A DNA stretch of 64,000 nt, from assembly GCA_963813065.1 (NCBI GenBank), contig CAWEXP010000008.1, positions 73,289 to 137,288 of the forward strand, given 5' to 3'. Shown here piece by piece: positions 49,860 through 60,118 of the stretch (positions within the stretch are counted from its first letter, which is position 1; the number at the start of each line of letters is the position of its first letter). The notes beneath the pieces were generated by a model, which was not told where the DNA came from, searched no databases, and was given only the letters and a program-made list of their open reading frames with translations. This DNA is from Candidatus Kaiserbacteria bacterium. Lineage in GTDB: Bacteria > Patescibacteriota > Minisyncoccia > Phycocordibacterales > Phycocordibacteraceae. A program made the position numbers and the translations under genes.

Positions 49860-50164
49860 AAAACTTTCCCTTCATCGAGCATCTTCGCGCCTGGCTTCGC
49901 CTGGGTGATCGAGCGCATCCCGAGCGAGACTGGTTCGCGCTCGTGACGGTCGTCGCGCTCGTACTCGCTGTTCTCGTCGTCTGGAATCTCTGGGCCTTCG
50001 ACACGGTCGCCGGCGGTGGCACTATTGGTTCGGCTACCTCGGCACCAGCACCAGTAGTGAATCGTTCCTCGCTCGACACCGTGCAAAAAATATTCAGCGA
50101 CCGCGCGACTGAGGAATCGAAGTATGCGACGGGTGTGTATCAATTCACTGATCCTTCGCAATAG
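49856..50164 (+). CDS. Small membrane protein of the pil operon
   Basis: P.RDW followed by TM; ends DPS. Confidence 0.6.
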   Translation: MKNFPFIEHLRAWLRLGDRAHPERDWFALVTVVALVLAVLVVWNLWAFDTVAGGGTIGSATSAPAPVVNRSSLDTVQKIFSDRATEESKYATGVYQFTDPSQ

Positions 50165-50195
50165 AACACAAAGTGCGGTAGGGTTTAGCAGTCTC

Positions 50196-50267
50196 GCCTC
50201 TGTAGTTCAATGGATAGAACACCGGACTTCTAAGCCGGTTATGTAGGTTCGATTCCTACCAGGGGCA
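50196..50267 (+). tRNA. tRNA-Arg(UCU)
   Basis: Anticodon loop CTTCTAA. Confidence 0.9.
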
Positions 50268-50454
50268 CAGCGGTCAGGGCCCCAGTTTTCGTCTGCGAGG
50301 CCTCAAAAATAGTTCGCAACCGCGAGGGCTATTCGCGTTGCAGGAGGTCCAAATATGTCCTATAGTGCCAGTAACACTCTGTTCACACCCGCGTCATATA
50401 CACTGTTGTTTACTGGGCTAGATGCGCGACAATAGACACAGAAGACACATAAAA

Positions 50455-50961
50455 ATGGCCTCTACTCTCAACAAGGAAAAGTACACGAACGCGCTCCTGT
50501 ATTTCATTACGGAGTGTGGCAATGAGAAGTTGGGCATTATGAAGCTCAACAAGCTTTTCTACTACCTCGACTTCATCTCCTATCGTGACCGCAAGGCAAG
50601 CGTCACCGGCGAAACATACGTCCATCTTCCGAAAGGCCCACTCGCTTCCTCGCTTGAAACTGAAATCATCGCCTCCGCCCAAAAGGCCAAGCTCATCGAG
50701 CGCAAGGAGGACGAGAGCGAAAAGTACGGCAAGCGGAACCGCTTCCAAGCACTCAAGGAAGCCGATCTCTCATTGTTTGATGAGTACGAGCAAGGATTGC
50801 TCAAGTATCTCTCCTCGACATTCAAGGACTGGAGTACCGATAAAATGGTCGCCCAGACGCACAGCGAAGCACCGTGGGTTTTCTCGAACCCGAGTAAGCC
50901 GCTCGATTATAAGAATGCTGACGACATCGAATTCTTTACGGAACACGCAGTAGCGGCGTAG
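50455..50961 (+). CDS. Panacea/SocA (DUF4065) antitoxin
   Basis: KLNKLFYYLD, TGETY..LPKGP, TH.EAPW. Confidence 0.85.
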   Translation: MASTLNKEKYTNALLYFITECGNEKLGIMKLNKLFYYLDFISYRDRKASVTGETYVHLPKGPLASSLETEIIASAQKAKLIERKEDESEKYGKRNRFQALKEADLSLFDEYEQGLLKYLSSTFKDWSTDKMVAQTHSEAPWVFSNPSKPLDYKNADDIEFFTEHAVAA

Positions 50962-50981
50962 GGATTTCGGCTCCTTCTCGT

Positions 50982-51365
50982 ATGGCTTGGCGCGTGGAGC
51001 GGACAGAGAGTTTCGACAGGTGGTGGAAGAAGGAAAAGGTTGAGGAGGCGAACTACAAATACCACAAGCAGGCTCTTGAGGATTTTCAACCGATCTCGCT
51101 CCCGCACAACGTGCAGAGCTGCATTTTCAAGAACACGAGCTTTGAGTGCTGGGTCACGCGGTTGCCGGATAAGATGCGGCAGCAGGGCAAGTCAGGCGGA
51201 TTCCGCGTCGTGCTCGTTCTCGACCTTGAAGAGAAGGTGCTCTGGCTCCAGGGCATATTCCGTCGCGGTCATCTTTCGTGGCAGGGTAGCAGCGGCAAAC
51301 ACGACGATGCATACGATGCTCTCGTGAAGGATTTGGCGCAACAGTTTGTAGAAGCTAAGCACTAA
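50982..51365 (+). CDS. RelE/ParE-like toxin
   Basis: [12 protein letters not shown]; follows the antitoxin. Confidence 0.6.
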   Translation: MAWRVERTESFDRWWKKEKVEEANYKYHKQALEDFQPISLPHNVQSCIFKNTSFECWVTRLPDKMRQQGKSGGFRVVLVLDLEEKVLWLQGIFRRGHLSWQGSSGKHDDAYDALVKDLAQQFVEAKH

Positions 51366-52698
51366 CAATTTCCGCGTCAGCGAGTTTGATTATTCGATCA
51401 TTCAAGATAAGCCGGTCTCTCAGATGCTCCAGCAGCTCCCGCTTCTCTTCCCGGCTACCATTCTTCAGTAGATACTTAGCGTATTTGCGTATGTCCATCT
51501 CCTTGGCCTCGATGGTTTCTGAGGTGCCCTCAACCTCAGCCCGCAGCTTGTTGTACCTCGATACCTCGCGCTCAATCAGGTGTCGTGCCCCGATCTCGTC
51601 GAGGGATATACGGTCGATGAGGGTGACCAGCTGGTCGAGCACCTTTTCCTCGCGCAGATACGGGTTCTTGCACTGGGTATCCTTGGCGCGGGAACAGGAA
51701 TAATAGATGTACGATACCGGCTCTCCGGTACTGAGCAGTTTAGATTTTTCTTGCGCTGTGATGCCTGAGCCGCAGTACCCGCAGAGGAGGAGCTTGGTGA
51801 AGTTCCATTCCTTGAATCTGGTCTTTGGGCGATTCTCCTCTGCGATCTTTTCTTGTACCGCTTGGAATAATTCCTGAGTGATGAGCGGCGTATGCTTGCC
51901 GGTATACCAATTGCTCGAGCCTCGTGGATATTCGAAGACGCCACAGTAGAAGGGATTCTTGAGCATTTTGTATAGGGTAGATAGGTTCATGCTCTTGCCG
52001 ATTCGGGAGGCGAAGTGCACATCGCGCTTGAGCCACCCGTGTACCTTGCGGCCGCTCCAACGCTCGACACCAACTTTCTCAAACACTTGCTTGATGATAG
52101 GGGAGCGGACTGGATCAACGAGTACCTCACAGCGATGATCCTTTCGACCATCATTCAAGTATCCCGTTGGCGCGATGCCAGGCCAGAGTCCCATTTCGAC
52201 TCGCGCTCTGAGACCGCGCTTCACGTTGACGCGCTTGTTGTCGTTCTCGAGCTTGGCCTGCGAGCCGAGAATCATGAGCAAGAACTTCTCATTCGGGTTA
52301 TTGCCGAACCGCTGGCCGTACGTCCTAATGTCCACCAAGTGCTTGCTGTCCATTAAGTCCACGATGCGGCCGAGGTCTCCGGCGTTCCTGCTAATGCGGT
52401 CTGGTGCCCAGGTTAAGATGCCGTTGAACTTGCCCGCCCGCAGCTCGTCCACGATCTCGTTGAACACCGGCCGCGCCCCGGCTTCCTTGGCCGAGTGCGA
52501 TTCGCGCTTCATTTCGACAATCTCCAATTTCTCCTTCTTCGCCAAGGCGAGCATCTCCTTCACCTGGCTCTCGATGCTGAGCACCTGCTGTTCTTCGCTC
52601 TCGGTGCTCTTCCTCGCATACAAGCAGTACCGCACCGTCTGCACCTCCACCAAGGGAGGAGCCGCCCCGAAACCGCCCTGAATCATTGCTGTTTCCAT
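51355..52698 (-). CDS. Large serine recombinase
   Basis: YARKST, S.K...RP.F, DRISRN, recombinase domain, CGYCG Zn ribbon. Confidence 0.92.
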   Translation of the reverse strand: METAMIQGGFGAAPPLVEVQTVRYCLYARKSTESEEQQVLSIESQVKEMLALAKKEKLEIVEMKRESHSAKEAGARPVFNEIVDELRAGKFNGILTWAPDRISRNAGDLGRIVDLMDSKHLVDIRTYGQRFGNNPNEKFLLMILGSQAKLENDNKRVNVKRGLRARVEMGLWPGIAPTGYLNDGRKDHRCEVLVDPVRSPIIKQVFEKVGVERWSGRKVHGWLKRDVHFASRIGKSMNLSTLYKMLKNPFYCGVFEYPRGSSNWYTGKHTPLITQELFQAVQEKIAEENRPKTRFKEWNFTKLLLCGYCGSGITAQEKSKLLSTGEPVSYIYYSCSRAKDTQCKNPYLREEKVLDQLVTLIDRISLDEIGARHLIEREVSRYNKLRAEVEGTSETIEAKEMDIRKYAKYLLKNGSREEKRELLEHLRDRLILNDRIIKLADAEIVSA

Positions 52699-52862
52699 AC
52701 ATGTGCCGTTATTGCTAACGGTCTAAGGGATGACGCAACCCCTCACGGGTGTCCAGCGAGGGGCTGTTGGTATCTAAAAGGCCTGTCCCCATGAGCGCTA
52801 CCGCCCTACAAAATGTGAGGTAAAATGGGGGCGTACCCTTAATTTGATTACCACTCGTAATT

Positions 52863-53489
52863 ATGTCTGCTGAAAACCCGTTTGCGAAATCACCAATACG
52901 CGAGGTCACTGCTGAAGACCTTGGTATCCCACCGGAAGCCGAGGCGCTCGTTGCTGCCCCACCACCCGTCGCAGAGACCGCCTCTGAAATTCCTGCGGTT
53001 GAATCAGAGCGTGCTCAGCAAATCGGCAAGCAGATGGAATCCCTTAGCGCGACTGGGGGCAGGTCCGCAGAAAAACTGCGACGCATTGAGATGGAGGCCG
53101 ACCGGCATCCCGAATACTTCGGCGGGAATCCGGAACTGTCTAATCAGTTTTGGACGCGCGTGCAGGAAAAGGCCGCAGAACTCCGCACCGGGCCAGAGCT
53201 GATGCGTAAGAAAGAAGAGTTTTGGGATAAATGGAAGAAGGGTTCGATGATTACGGCTGGCGTAGGTGTGCTAGCTGGCGTTGCGGGAGCCGCTTGGAGT
53301 GCAAAATACGGCTTTGACCACACCTACATGAAAGAAGTTCTCGGGCAATCTCTGAATGTGCCAATGGTTGCCGGATTTGCAACCGCCGCCATTGCGGAGG
53401 GTTCAGCTGGTATTGGGAAGCTCATGGAGATGCTTCGAGGCCAAAAGCGCTCCGATCTCCAGGATAATTTAAGGAGGAATAAAATCTAA
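52863..53489 (+). CDS. Hypothetical membrane protein
   Basis: 208-aa ORF with C-terminal hydrophobic helices. Confidence 0.55.
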   Translation: MSAENPFAKSPIREVTAEDLGIPPEAEALVAAPPPVAETASEIPAVESERAQQIGKQMESLSATGGRSAEKLRRIEMEADRHPEYFGGNPELSNQFWTRVQEKAAELRTGPELMRKKEEFWDKWKKGSMITAGVGVLAGVAGAAWSAKYGFDHTYMKEVLGQSLNVPMVAGFATAAIAEGSAGIGKLMEMLRGQKRSDLQDNLRRNKI

Positions 53490-53495
53490 AGCACC

Positions 53496-53690
53496 ATGGA
53501 CAACAATCAAAATTTCAACTCCCTCGATTTGCAGCAGATTTTCGAGAGCCTGCCGGACGACAAGAAAGTCGAGTTCCTGAAAGACCTCCAAGAAATCGTA
53601 TCTCTCGGCGATCAGCAGATTTTCGACGTCGAGCGCATCATCGGCGAGACAATCAAGGAATTTGAAGATAAAAAGGCCGCTACAGCATAG
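53496..53690 (+). CDS. Small hypothetical protein
   Basis: 64 aa; followed by a hairpin at 53703-53739. Confidence 0.5.
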   Translation: MDNNQNFNSLDLQQIFESLPDDKKVEFLKDLQEIVSLGDQQIFDVERIIGETIKEFEDKKAATA

Positions 53691-54135
53691 TCACTCCCCA
53701 GGAGAAACCCGCCGCGCTAGATAAACGCGGCGGTTTTCTGATTCTAGGTATTTGTAGGCATTTTGCGGCCTGCCGCATGAGTGTCTAATGTGTCTAACCC
53801 CTCAAAATGCAACACGCCACAAACGCCCTTTTGGCGTTGCATTCTATATCATTTTGACCCCCGACCCCCTGTCAGATTTGTAAGATTTCAGTCCGCAACC
53901 GCGAGGGATGCACTGGAAACAGGCGAGACACGCTCTAAACGTTAGAATACCCTTATTCTGCTTGCTGGAATCGCTAAAACGAGACAGTGTCCGATATACC
54001 CGACCCGTGTCTCATTTGTCTCATTTTGTACCCGACCGCGAGGCCTCGATCCGGGTGAGCGACTACTCGCCAAACGGCCCTTGTGTTGCCTCACCTGGTC
54101 CAGTTCAGTACAGTGAGGGGGCACAAATAACTGCG

Positions 54136-54222
54136 TGGTGCCGAGGGGGGGACTTGAACCCCCAATCCCTTGCGGGAACTACGACCTGAACGTAGCGTGT
54201 CTGCCAATTTCACCACCTCGGC
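54136..54222 (-). tRNA. tRNA-Leu(CAG)
   Basis: Anticodon loop TTCAGGT; variable arm; encoded CCA. Confidence 0.9.
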
Positions 54223-54247
54223 TTTTGTTGCTCGCGTATGCCAGCTG

Positions 54248-54321
54248 TGCGCGGTGAGGGATTCGAACCCCCGACCTTTCGCGTGTAAGGCGATCGCTCT
54301 AACCAACTGAGCTAACCGCGC
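54248..54321 (-). tRNA. tRNA-Val(UAC)
   Basis: Anticodon loop CTTACAC. Confidence 0.9.
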
Positions 54322-54399
54322 GCACCGCTACACTAGCAAGTAATCAACAGTCCTCCAATGTTTCGAACCCCGGTATAGTATACTGTGTTGTATACATCT

Positions 54400-55092
54400 A
54401 TGAAACGGCAAGAGCGGGACAAGTCGATTTTACTTAGAAAACGTGGCATGTCTCTCGGTGAGATTGCGCGCAGACTCAAAGTCTCAAAAGCCATCGTAAG
54501 TGTATGGGTACGGAGCGTTCCTCTTTCCAAAAAACAACGAGAATCTTTGAATGATCGTGGGTTTAGTATTGGTGCGATAGAAAAAAGAAGGGAAGCGAGA
54601 ATCGCACATACTCAACAGAGGCACCGAAAAGTAATCGATACAGCGAAAACCAGCATCAAGGAAATCTCAAAAACAGATTTAAAACTAATTGGTACGGCCC
54701 TGTACTGGGGAGAGGGTGGAAAGTCTCTGCGAGGCGGTGCGCGCATTGCCAATAGCGATCCTCGCATTATTGTCATAATGATGCGTTTCTTCCGTGAAGT
54801 TTTCTCGGTGCCCGAAACAAAGTTTCGAGGACAAGTGCATACGTTTTCACACCTCAATGCTGGAAAAGCAGAACGATACTGGTCAAAAGTGTCGGGCATC
54901 CCAACTACACAGTTTTATAAGACGTATTCGAAACCAAGTATTGCGAGTCAGGGAAAGAAAGATAACTTGCCAAATGGAACTTTTGATATTTACGTCTCTG
55001 ACACAATCATATTTCTCACCATCCAAGGATGGATTGAAAGACTTGCAGAACTCGGGGCTGAAGTTCCGCATCGCGCGCTCAAGATGGAGTAG
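54400..55092 (+). CDS. HTH + degenerate LAGLIDADG-like protein
   Basis: LRKRG.SLGEIA..L.VSK..VS.W; GTALYWGEG; NSDP. Confidence 0.7.
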   Translation: MKRQERDKSILLRKRGMSLGEIARRLKVSKAIVSVWVRSVPLSKKQRESLNDRGFSIGAIEKRREARIAHTQQRHRKVIDTAKTSIKEISKTDLKLIGTALYWGEGGKSLRGGARIANSDPRIIVIMMRFFREVFSVPETKFRGQVHTFSHLNAGKAERYWSKVSGIPTTQFYKTYSKPSIASQGKKDNLPNGTFDIYVSDTIIFLTIQGWIERLAELGAEVPHRALKME

Positions 55093-55101
55093 TATAGGTT
55101 G

Positions 55102-55938
55102 ATGAACGAAGTTGCTCGCTACTACGACTACACACTGCCATTTTACAAACTCTTTTGGCATGGCGCGACGCATGCGCTCCACTACGGCATCTGGGATACG
55201 ACAACGAAGACGCATGCCGAGGCGCTTATCAACAGTAATCGGACACTGGCGCAGAGGGCGCGGATAACGAACGCAGATACGGTTCTTGACGCAGGCTGTG
55301 GTGTTGGAGGGAGTAGCCTCTGGCTTGCCAAGCATACCGGAGCGCACGTCACGGGCATCACGGTCAGTTCCCGGCAATGCGAGAAGGCACAGGAGCTCGC
55401 GATGCGCGAAGGCCTTGCATCAAAAACACACTTTCTGGTCCGCGACTACCTCGACACCAAGTTTCCCTCGGAGTCATTCACGGTTGTGTGGGGACTCGAG
55501 AGCCTGTGCTATGCGCACGATAGAGTCGACGCTCTCGCCACCGAACTCTATCGCGTGCTCAAGCCAGGCGGGCGGTTGGTCGTTGCAGATGGATTCCTCG
55601 GTAAATCCGGCAATCTCTCTGAACACGAACGCCGACTCGTGCGGATATTTGAAGACGGATTCGTTCTGCCTCCGATGACTACACCCGAGGCGTTCTCGGT
55701 GGCGCTCGGGCGTGCCGGGTTTAAAAATATAGAAGTGACCGACGTGACAGCGTACATTCTCCCAACGGCCCGCAGGATGTGGCGACTGTGCTTCTGGACA
55801 TATCCGCTCGCGGTTCTGCTGGCGTATCTGCGATTCGTTCCCGAGTTGCTACGAAAAAATCATCGGACTGCCATTGTCCAACGTGAGCTTTTCGAGAAGC
55901 GATCGTTGGTCTATTGTGTTCTCTACGCTGAAAAGTAA
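55102..55938 (+). CDS. SAM-dependent methyltransferase (sterol/tocopherol-MT-like)
   Basis: LHYGIW, VLDAGCGVGG, VLKPGG. Confidence 0.85.
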   Translation: MNEVARYYDYTLPFYKLFWHGATHALHYGIWDTTTKTHAEALINSNRTLAQRARITNADTVLDAGCGVGGSSLWLAKHTGAHVTGITVSSRQCEKAQELAMREGLASKTHFLVRDYLDTKFPSESFTVVWGLESLCYAHDRVDALATELYRVLKPGGRLVVADGFLGKSGNLSEHERRLVRIFEDGFVLPPMTTPEAFSVALGRAGFKNIEVTDVTAYILPTARRMWRLCFWTYPLAVLLAYLRFVPELLRKNHRTAIVQRELFEKRSLVYCVLYAEK

Positions 55939-55962
55939 CCAGTACGTTACCTTATTCTCTTC

Positions 55963-56682
55963 ATGCCCGTTCCCATTACTATGGCTCAAGGACCACTTTC
56001 AGTCGGCATCATCATGGACGGCAATCGCCGCTGGGCGAAAGAGCGCGGGCAGAGCTCCCTCGATGGGCACGAGGCGGGCGCACGACTCCTGCTTACACTC
56101 CTCGACGAGTATCGCGCGATCCGCGACGAGTGGGGCACCGCGCACTATATTTTTTATGCATTCTCGACCGAGAATTGGAGTCGGACCCAGGAGGAAGTTG
56201 CGAATCTGCTCGGCATCTTCGAACGCGCGTTTAAGAGTATTGAAGAGCGACTACCGAAACTGCTCGAAGACGGTGTGCGCGTCCGTTTCATTGGCGACCG
56301 CTCCCGCTTCTCCCCACAACTGCAGGCACTGATGCGTGGCGTGGAAGAAAAAACAAAAGAGGGCACGCGGGGCACCATCGCCATTGCGGTCTCGTATGGC
56401 GGCCAAGCGGACATTCTGCAAGCGAGCAGTCGGCTATTGAAAGAGGGCAAGAAAGAAATGTCTGCCGAGGATCTCTCCTCGGTGCTCTGGACTCACGGCA
56501 TCCCCGCGCCGGACCTCATCATCCGCACCGGCGGCGAACACCGGCTCTCCAATTTCCTCACCTGGGAATCGGTCTACAGCGAACTCTTTTTCATCGACAC
56601 ACTCTGGCCGGACTTCTCTCGCGCCGAACTCGAAAAAATCTTTACCGACTTCAGGACGCGCGAGCGCCGGCACGGGAAATAA
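55963..56682 (+). CDS. uppS: Undecaprenyl diphosphate synthase
   Basis: IMDGNRRWA, AFSTENWSR, IRTGGEHRLSNFL. Confidence 0.95.
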   Translation: MPVPITMAQGPLSVGIIMDGNRRWAKERGQSSLDGHEAGARLLLTLLDEYRAIRDEWGTAHYIFYAFSTENWSRTQEEVANLLGIFERAFKSIEERLPKLLEDGVRVRFIGDRSRFSPQLQALMRGVEEKTKEGTRGTIAIAVSYGGQADILQASSRLLKEGKKEMSAEDLSSVLWTHGIPAPDLIIRTGGEHRLSNFLTWESVYSELFFIDTLWPDFSRAELEKIFTDFRTRERRHGK

Positions 56683-56698
56683 GTGATAGGGTAGAGCC

Positions 56699-57418
56699 AT
56701 GAATCTCCCGATTCTCTATGAGGATGCCGACGTGGTCGCGGTCAATAAGCCTGCGGGACTCGTCACGCACCGCGACGGAAGAACGATAGAAGAAAGCGCC
56801 GACGAGTGGTTCAAAAAGAAGTATTCCGAGGTGACGCTGGAGCGGCCGTACGTGCATCGGCTCGACCGCGATACCTCGGGTGTGTTGGTGTTCGCAAAAA
56901 ATGAAGCGGCGTACGATTTTCTCCGCAAAGCATTTACGGATAGGGACGTGAAGAAAGAATATCTCGCCTTTGTATACGGCGTGCCGAAAGAGAAAAACGG
57001 CACGATTGATTTCGATATTGGCCGCTCGCGAAAAGATTTCCGTTTGCGCAGTGCCCAGCCAAAGGCGCGCGGCACGCTCCGCTCTGCGGTGACGAAGTAC
57101 ACTGTGCTCGATACCGACGAGGGAGGCCAGCACGCCCTCTTGAAGGTGGAGCCCGAGACCGGTCGCACGCACCAGATCCGCGTGCACCTGAAGGCGATTC
57201 ATCATCCAATCGTTTCTGATCCACTCTATGCGCCGAATCAGCCGCACGACCTCGGCTTGAATCGTCTCGGCCTACACGCGTATCAGATTGAGCTCCCGCT
57301 CCCATCCGGTACTCAAAAAATAATCACCGCGCCCATTCCCAACGATTTGAAGATCGCGTTTGCGCAGTTTCCTCAGCAAAGGTATCTTTCAGGACAGGCA
57401 CTGAACGGAGTGAATTGA
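56699..57418 (+). CDS. RluA/RluD-family pseudouridine synthase
   Basis: NKPAG, HRLDRDTSG, TGRTHQIRVH, LHA. Confidence 0.92.
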   Translation: MNLPILYEDADVVAVNKPAGLVTHRDGRTIEESADEWFKKKYSEVTLERPYVHRLDRDTSGVLVFAKNEAAYDFLRKAFTDRDVKKEYLAFVYGVPKEKNGTIDFDIGRSRKDFRLRSAQPKARGTLRSAVTKYTVLDTDEGGQHALLKVEPETGRTHQIRVHLKAIHHPIVSDPLYAPNQPHDLGLNRLGLHAYQIELPLPSGTQKIITAPIPNDLKIAFAQFPQQRYLSGQALNGVN

Positions 57419-57419
57419 T

Positions 57420-57683
57420 TTGGAACACGGTCAAAAAGTTCTGCTGGAGCGACTTGTCACGCATCTCGTTATCACGCACCCGTTGCCCTGGCGTATCGAG
57501 TCGGATTGGACGCAAGAAGTAACTGCCGCCGACGGTACGATCATTGTGAAGTGTCTGACTACGGAAGAAGCACAAGCACTCATCGACTTGGCCGAGAAGA
57601 AACGGAAGGAACTGGACGAACCGAGCGAAGCAGAGCTCATTAGTCAATTCCGCGCAGTATTTCCTCGGCAGAAGTGTCGATAA
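57420..57683 (+). CDS. Hypothetical protein
   Basis: 87-aa ORF followed by a terminator at 57691-57724. Confidence 0.45.
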   Translation: MEHGQKVLLERLVTHLVITHPLPWRIESDWTQEVTAADGTIIVKCLTTEEAQALIDLAEKKRKELDEPSEAELISQFRAVFPRQKCR

Positions 57684-57752
57684 ACCAATCACGGCGGGCC
57701 AAGTGCCCGCCGTTTTGCTTTTTTATGAGGCCAGTGCTACAGTGCGCGGACT

Positions 57753-58220
57753 ATGAAGGTGATGACGCCAGTCAATGTCGAGGGGCGCGCCAAGCTCGGG
57801 ATCCGCCCGGGTGACACTGTGCGCGTCACCCAGAAGATTGTCGAGCTCAAGAAGGGCAAGGCCGCCAACAAGAAGGAGGTCTCGACCAAGACCGCGCGCA
57901 CCCAGGTCTTCGAGGGCCTCGTGCTGGCGGTCAAGCACGGGCGGGAAGCGGGCGCGATGTTCACCGTCCGCGCGACCCTCTCGGGCGTCGGCGTCGAGAA
58001 AATTTTCCCGCTCTATTCGCCCGCCATCGATTCTATCGAGATTGTGAAGCGTTCCAAGGTCCGCCGCGCCAAGCTCTACTTCATCCGCGAGAAGGCGGCC
58101 AAGGTGGTCCGCCGCCAGCTTAGGAACGCGCGCATGATGCACGTGAAGAGCGACGAGGAGATGCCCGTTGCTGAGGTTGCCGAGGCAGAGGCACCAGTCG
58201 CCGCAGAGGTCGCGGCATAA
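57753..58220 (+). CDS. rplS: 50S ribosomal protein L19
   Basis: RPGDTVRV, Q.FEG, FTVR, GVE..FP..SP, VRRAKLY. Confidence 0.95.
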   Translation: MKVMTPVNVEGRAKLGIRPGDTVRVTQKIVELKKGKAANKKEVSTKTARTQVFEGLVLAVKHGREAGAMFTVRATLSGVGVEKIFPLYSPAIDSIEIVKRSKVRRAKLYFIREKAAKVVRRQLRNARMMHVKSDEEMPVAEVAEAEAPVAAEVAA

Positions 58221-58285
58221 GAGAAACATCCGGTTATCCACCGGATTTTTGTTAAAATAAACTGGTATACGCTTATACTTGAGGT

Positions 58286-58990
58286 ATGGCGAAACGCGGG
58301 GCAAAGCCGAAGGGGAGGGAAGTGAGGTGGTCATCAGAATTGGCATATGCAGTTGGGTTGATGGCCTCGGATGGATGCTTATCAAGTGACGGAAGGCATC
58401 TCCTCTTCGTTTCAAAAGATATTGAGCAAATCCGGAATCTTAAGAAGTGTCTCGGATTAAAAGCGAAAGGTGAAAATCATCGACCGGGGCGGAAACGAGG
58501 AGTCGGCATTTGTTACCGCATCCAGTGGAGCGATGTCATTTTGTATAGTTTTTTGTCAGATGTTGGACTTACTCCACACAAATCACGCACTCTCGGGCCA
58601 CTCAACATACCCGATGCATATTTCTTTGATTTCTTGCGCGGAAGCTTCGATGGCGATGGTTCTTTTTATAGTTATTACGACCCGCGCTGGAAGTCGAGCT
58701 TCATGTATTACCTGTCTTTCAATTCAGCGAGTCTCGCCCATACGCTCTGGATACGTACAGTGCTCAAGCGCCTCATCGGAGTTCGAGGGCATGTTTCAAG
58801 AACGAAGCCGGACACACAAAAAAAGAATCCCATAGCAAGTTTACGCTATGCAAAAAAGGAGGCCTTGGTTGTTGTGCGCGCGATGTATGCGATGCCAGAT
58901 GCGCCACACCTCTCGCGTAAGAAGTTGAAAATCAAGCGTACATTGCGTATAGTGGGAAAGTCTTTGCTTGCACAGTCAGCAAGAGATTGA
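58286..58990 (+). CDS. LAGLIDADG homing-endonuclease-like protein
   Basis: YAVGLMASDG and FLRGSFDGDG motifs. Confidence 0.85.
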   Translation: MAKRGAKPKGREVRWSSELAYAVGLMASDGCLSSDGRHLLFVSKDIEQIRNLKKCLGLKAKGENHRPGRKRGVGICYRIQWSDVILYSFLSDVGLTPHKSRTLGPLNIPDAYFFDFLRGSFDGDGSFYSYYDPRWKSSFMYYLSFNSASLAHTLWIRTVLKRLIGVRGHVSRTKPDTQKKNPIASLRYAKKEALVVVRAMYAMPDAPHLSRKKLKIKRTLRIVGKSLLAQSARD

Positions 58991-58999
58991 CAAGATAGC

Positions 59000-59084
59000 G
59001 CCCGGGTGGCGAAACTGGCAGACGTACCACCTTGAGGTGGTGGCGCCCGTTAAGGGCATGGAGGTTCGAGTCCTCTCCCGGGCA
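59000..59084 (+). tRNA. tRNA-Leu(GAG)
   Basis: Anticodon loop TTGAGGT; variable arm. Confidence 0.9.
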
Positions 59085-59168
59085 CAACAGTCAGCACGCG
59101 GTCTTTAGACCGTTTGGCCCTAAGTAGGCCGTAGTTTTGGTGCGGTACCTTTAGGGGTGTTTGACGAC

Positions 59169-59198
59169 AAAACCGCGCGATATTCATCGCGCGGTTTT
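59169..59198. terminator. Bidirectional terminator
   Basis: AAAACCGCGCGAT-ATTC-ATCGCGCGGTTTT. Confidence 0.65.
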
Positions 59199-59210
59199 GC
59201 TATGGTCGCT

Positions 59211-60050
59211 CTAATTCTCGAGTGCGATCTTTCGGTCCTTCATAATAATCTTTCCTTTCAGATGTCCGAGCAGTTCTCGTTGCTCGGCTGGCGATCCGTT
59301 CTCAAGCAGGTACTTCGCATATTTCCGCACGTCCATCTCATCCGCTTTCACCTTCTCGCTTTTATCCTGCATCGCCGCTCGCAGTTTGTTGTATCGGGAT
59401 ACTTCTTTCTCGATAAGATGCCGCGCCCCTATCTCGTCGAGATTGATGTTGTCCAAGAGAGCCAGCAGTTGCTCGATCAATCGATCCTCTCGGATATAGG
59501 GATTCTTGCACGCACGATTCTTGGACTTGGAGCAGGAGTAGTACACGTAGAAGTGGAAGCCACCATCAGCGGCATTTTTGTGTTTCTCTTGAGACGTAAT
59601 GCCACTCCCACATACTCCGCAGATCATGATCTTAGTGAAGGTCACGTCGTGCGTCTTGAGCTTTGGACGGCTCTCCTCCGCAAGCTTCTCCTGTACCGCT
59701 TGGAAGAGGTCGCGCGTGATGAGTGGGGTATGCTTGCCGGTATACCAGTTGCCCGAGCCCTTGGGATACTCGAAGACGCCACAGTATAGGGAGTTCCTGA
59801 GCAGATTATAAATATTGCTCAAGCTCATGGTCTTATTCGTGCGCGATAAGAAGTGCAGGTCGCTCTTGAGCCAGTGGTATATCTTTCTGCCGCTCCACCG
59901 TTCATTGCCCACCTTCTCGAACATCTGTTTCATCACTCCCGAGCGCAGAGGGTCGACGAGCATTTCGCATTTGTGGTCACTCCGTTTGTCATTGAGGTAT
60001 CCGCAGGGCGCGAGTCCTGGCCAGAGGCCCATCTCGGCCCGTGCTTTCCC
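59211..60050 (-). pseudogene. N-terminally truncated serine recombinase, paralog of 51355..52698
   Basis: Starts at (AR.E)MGLWPG; the catalytic YARKS domain is missing. Confidence 0.85.
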
Positions 60051-60118
60051 TTCAAGGGGCGGGGTACGGTTAATAAAAATAGGCGTAGCCGCCGTGATAC
60101 GATACTAGTAATTGCTCT

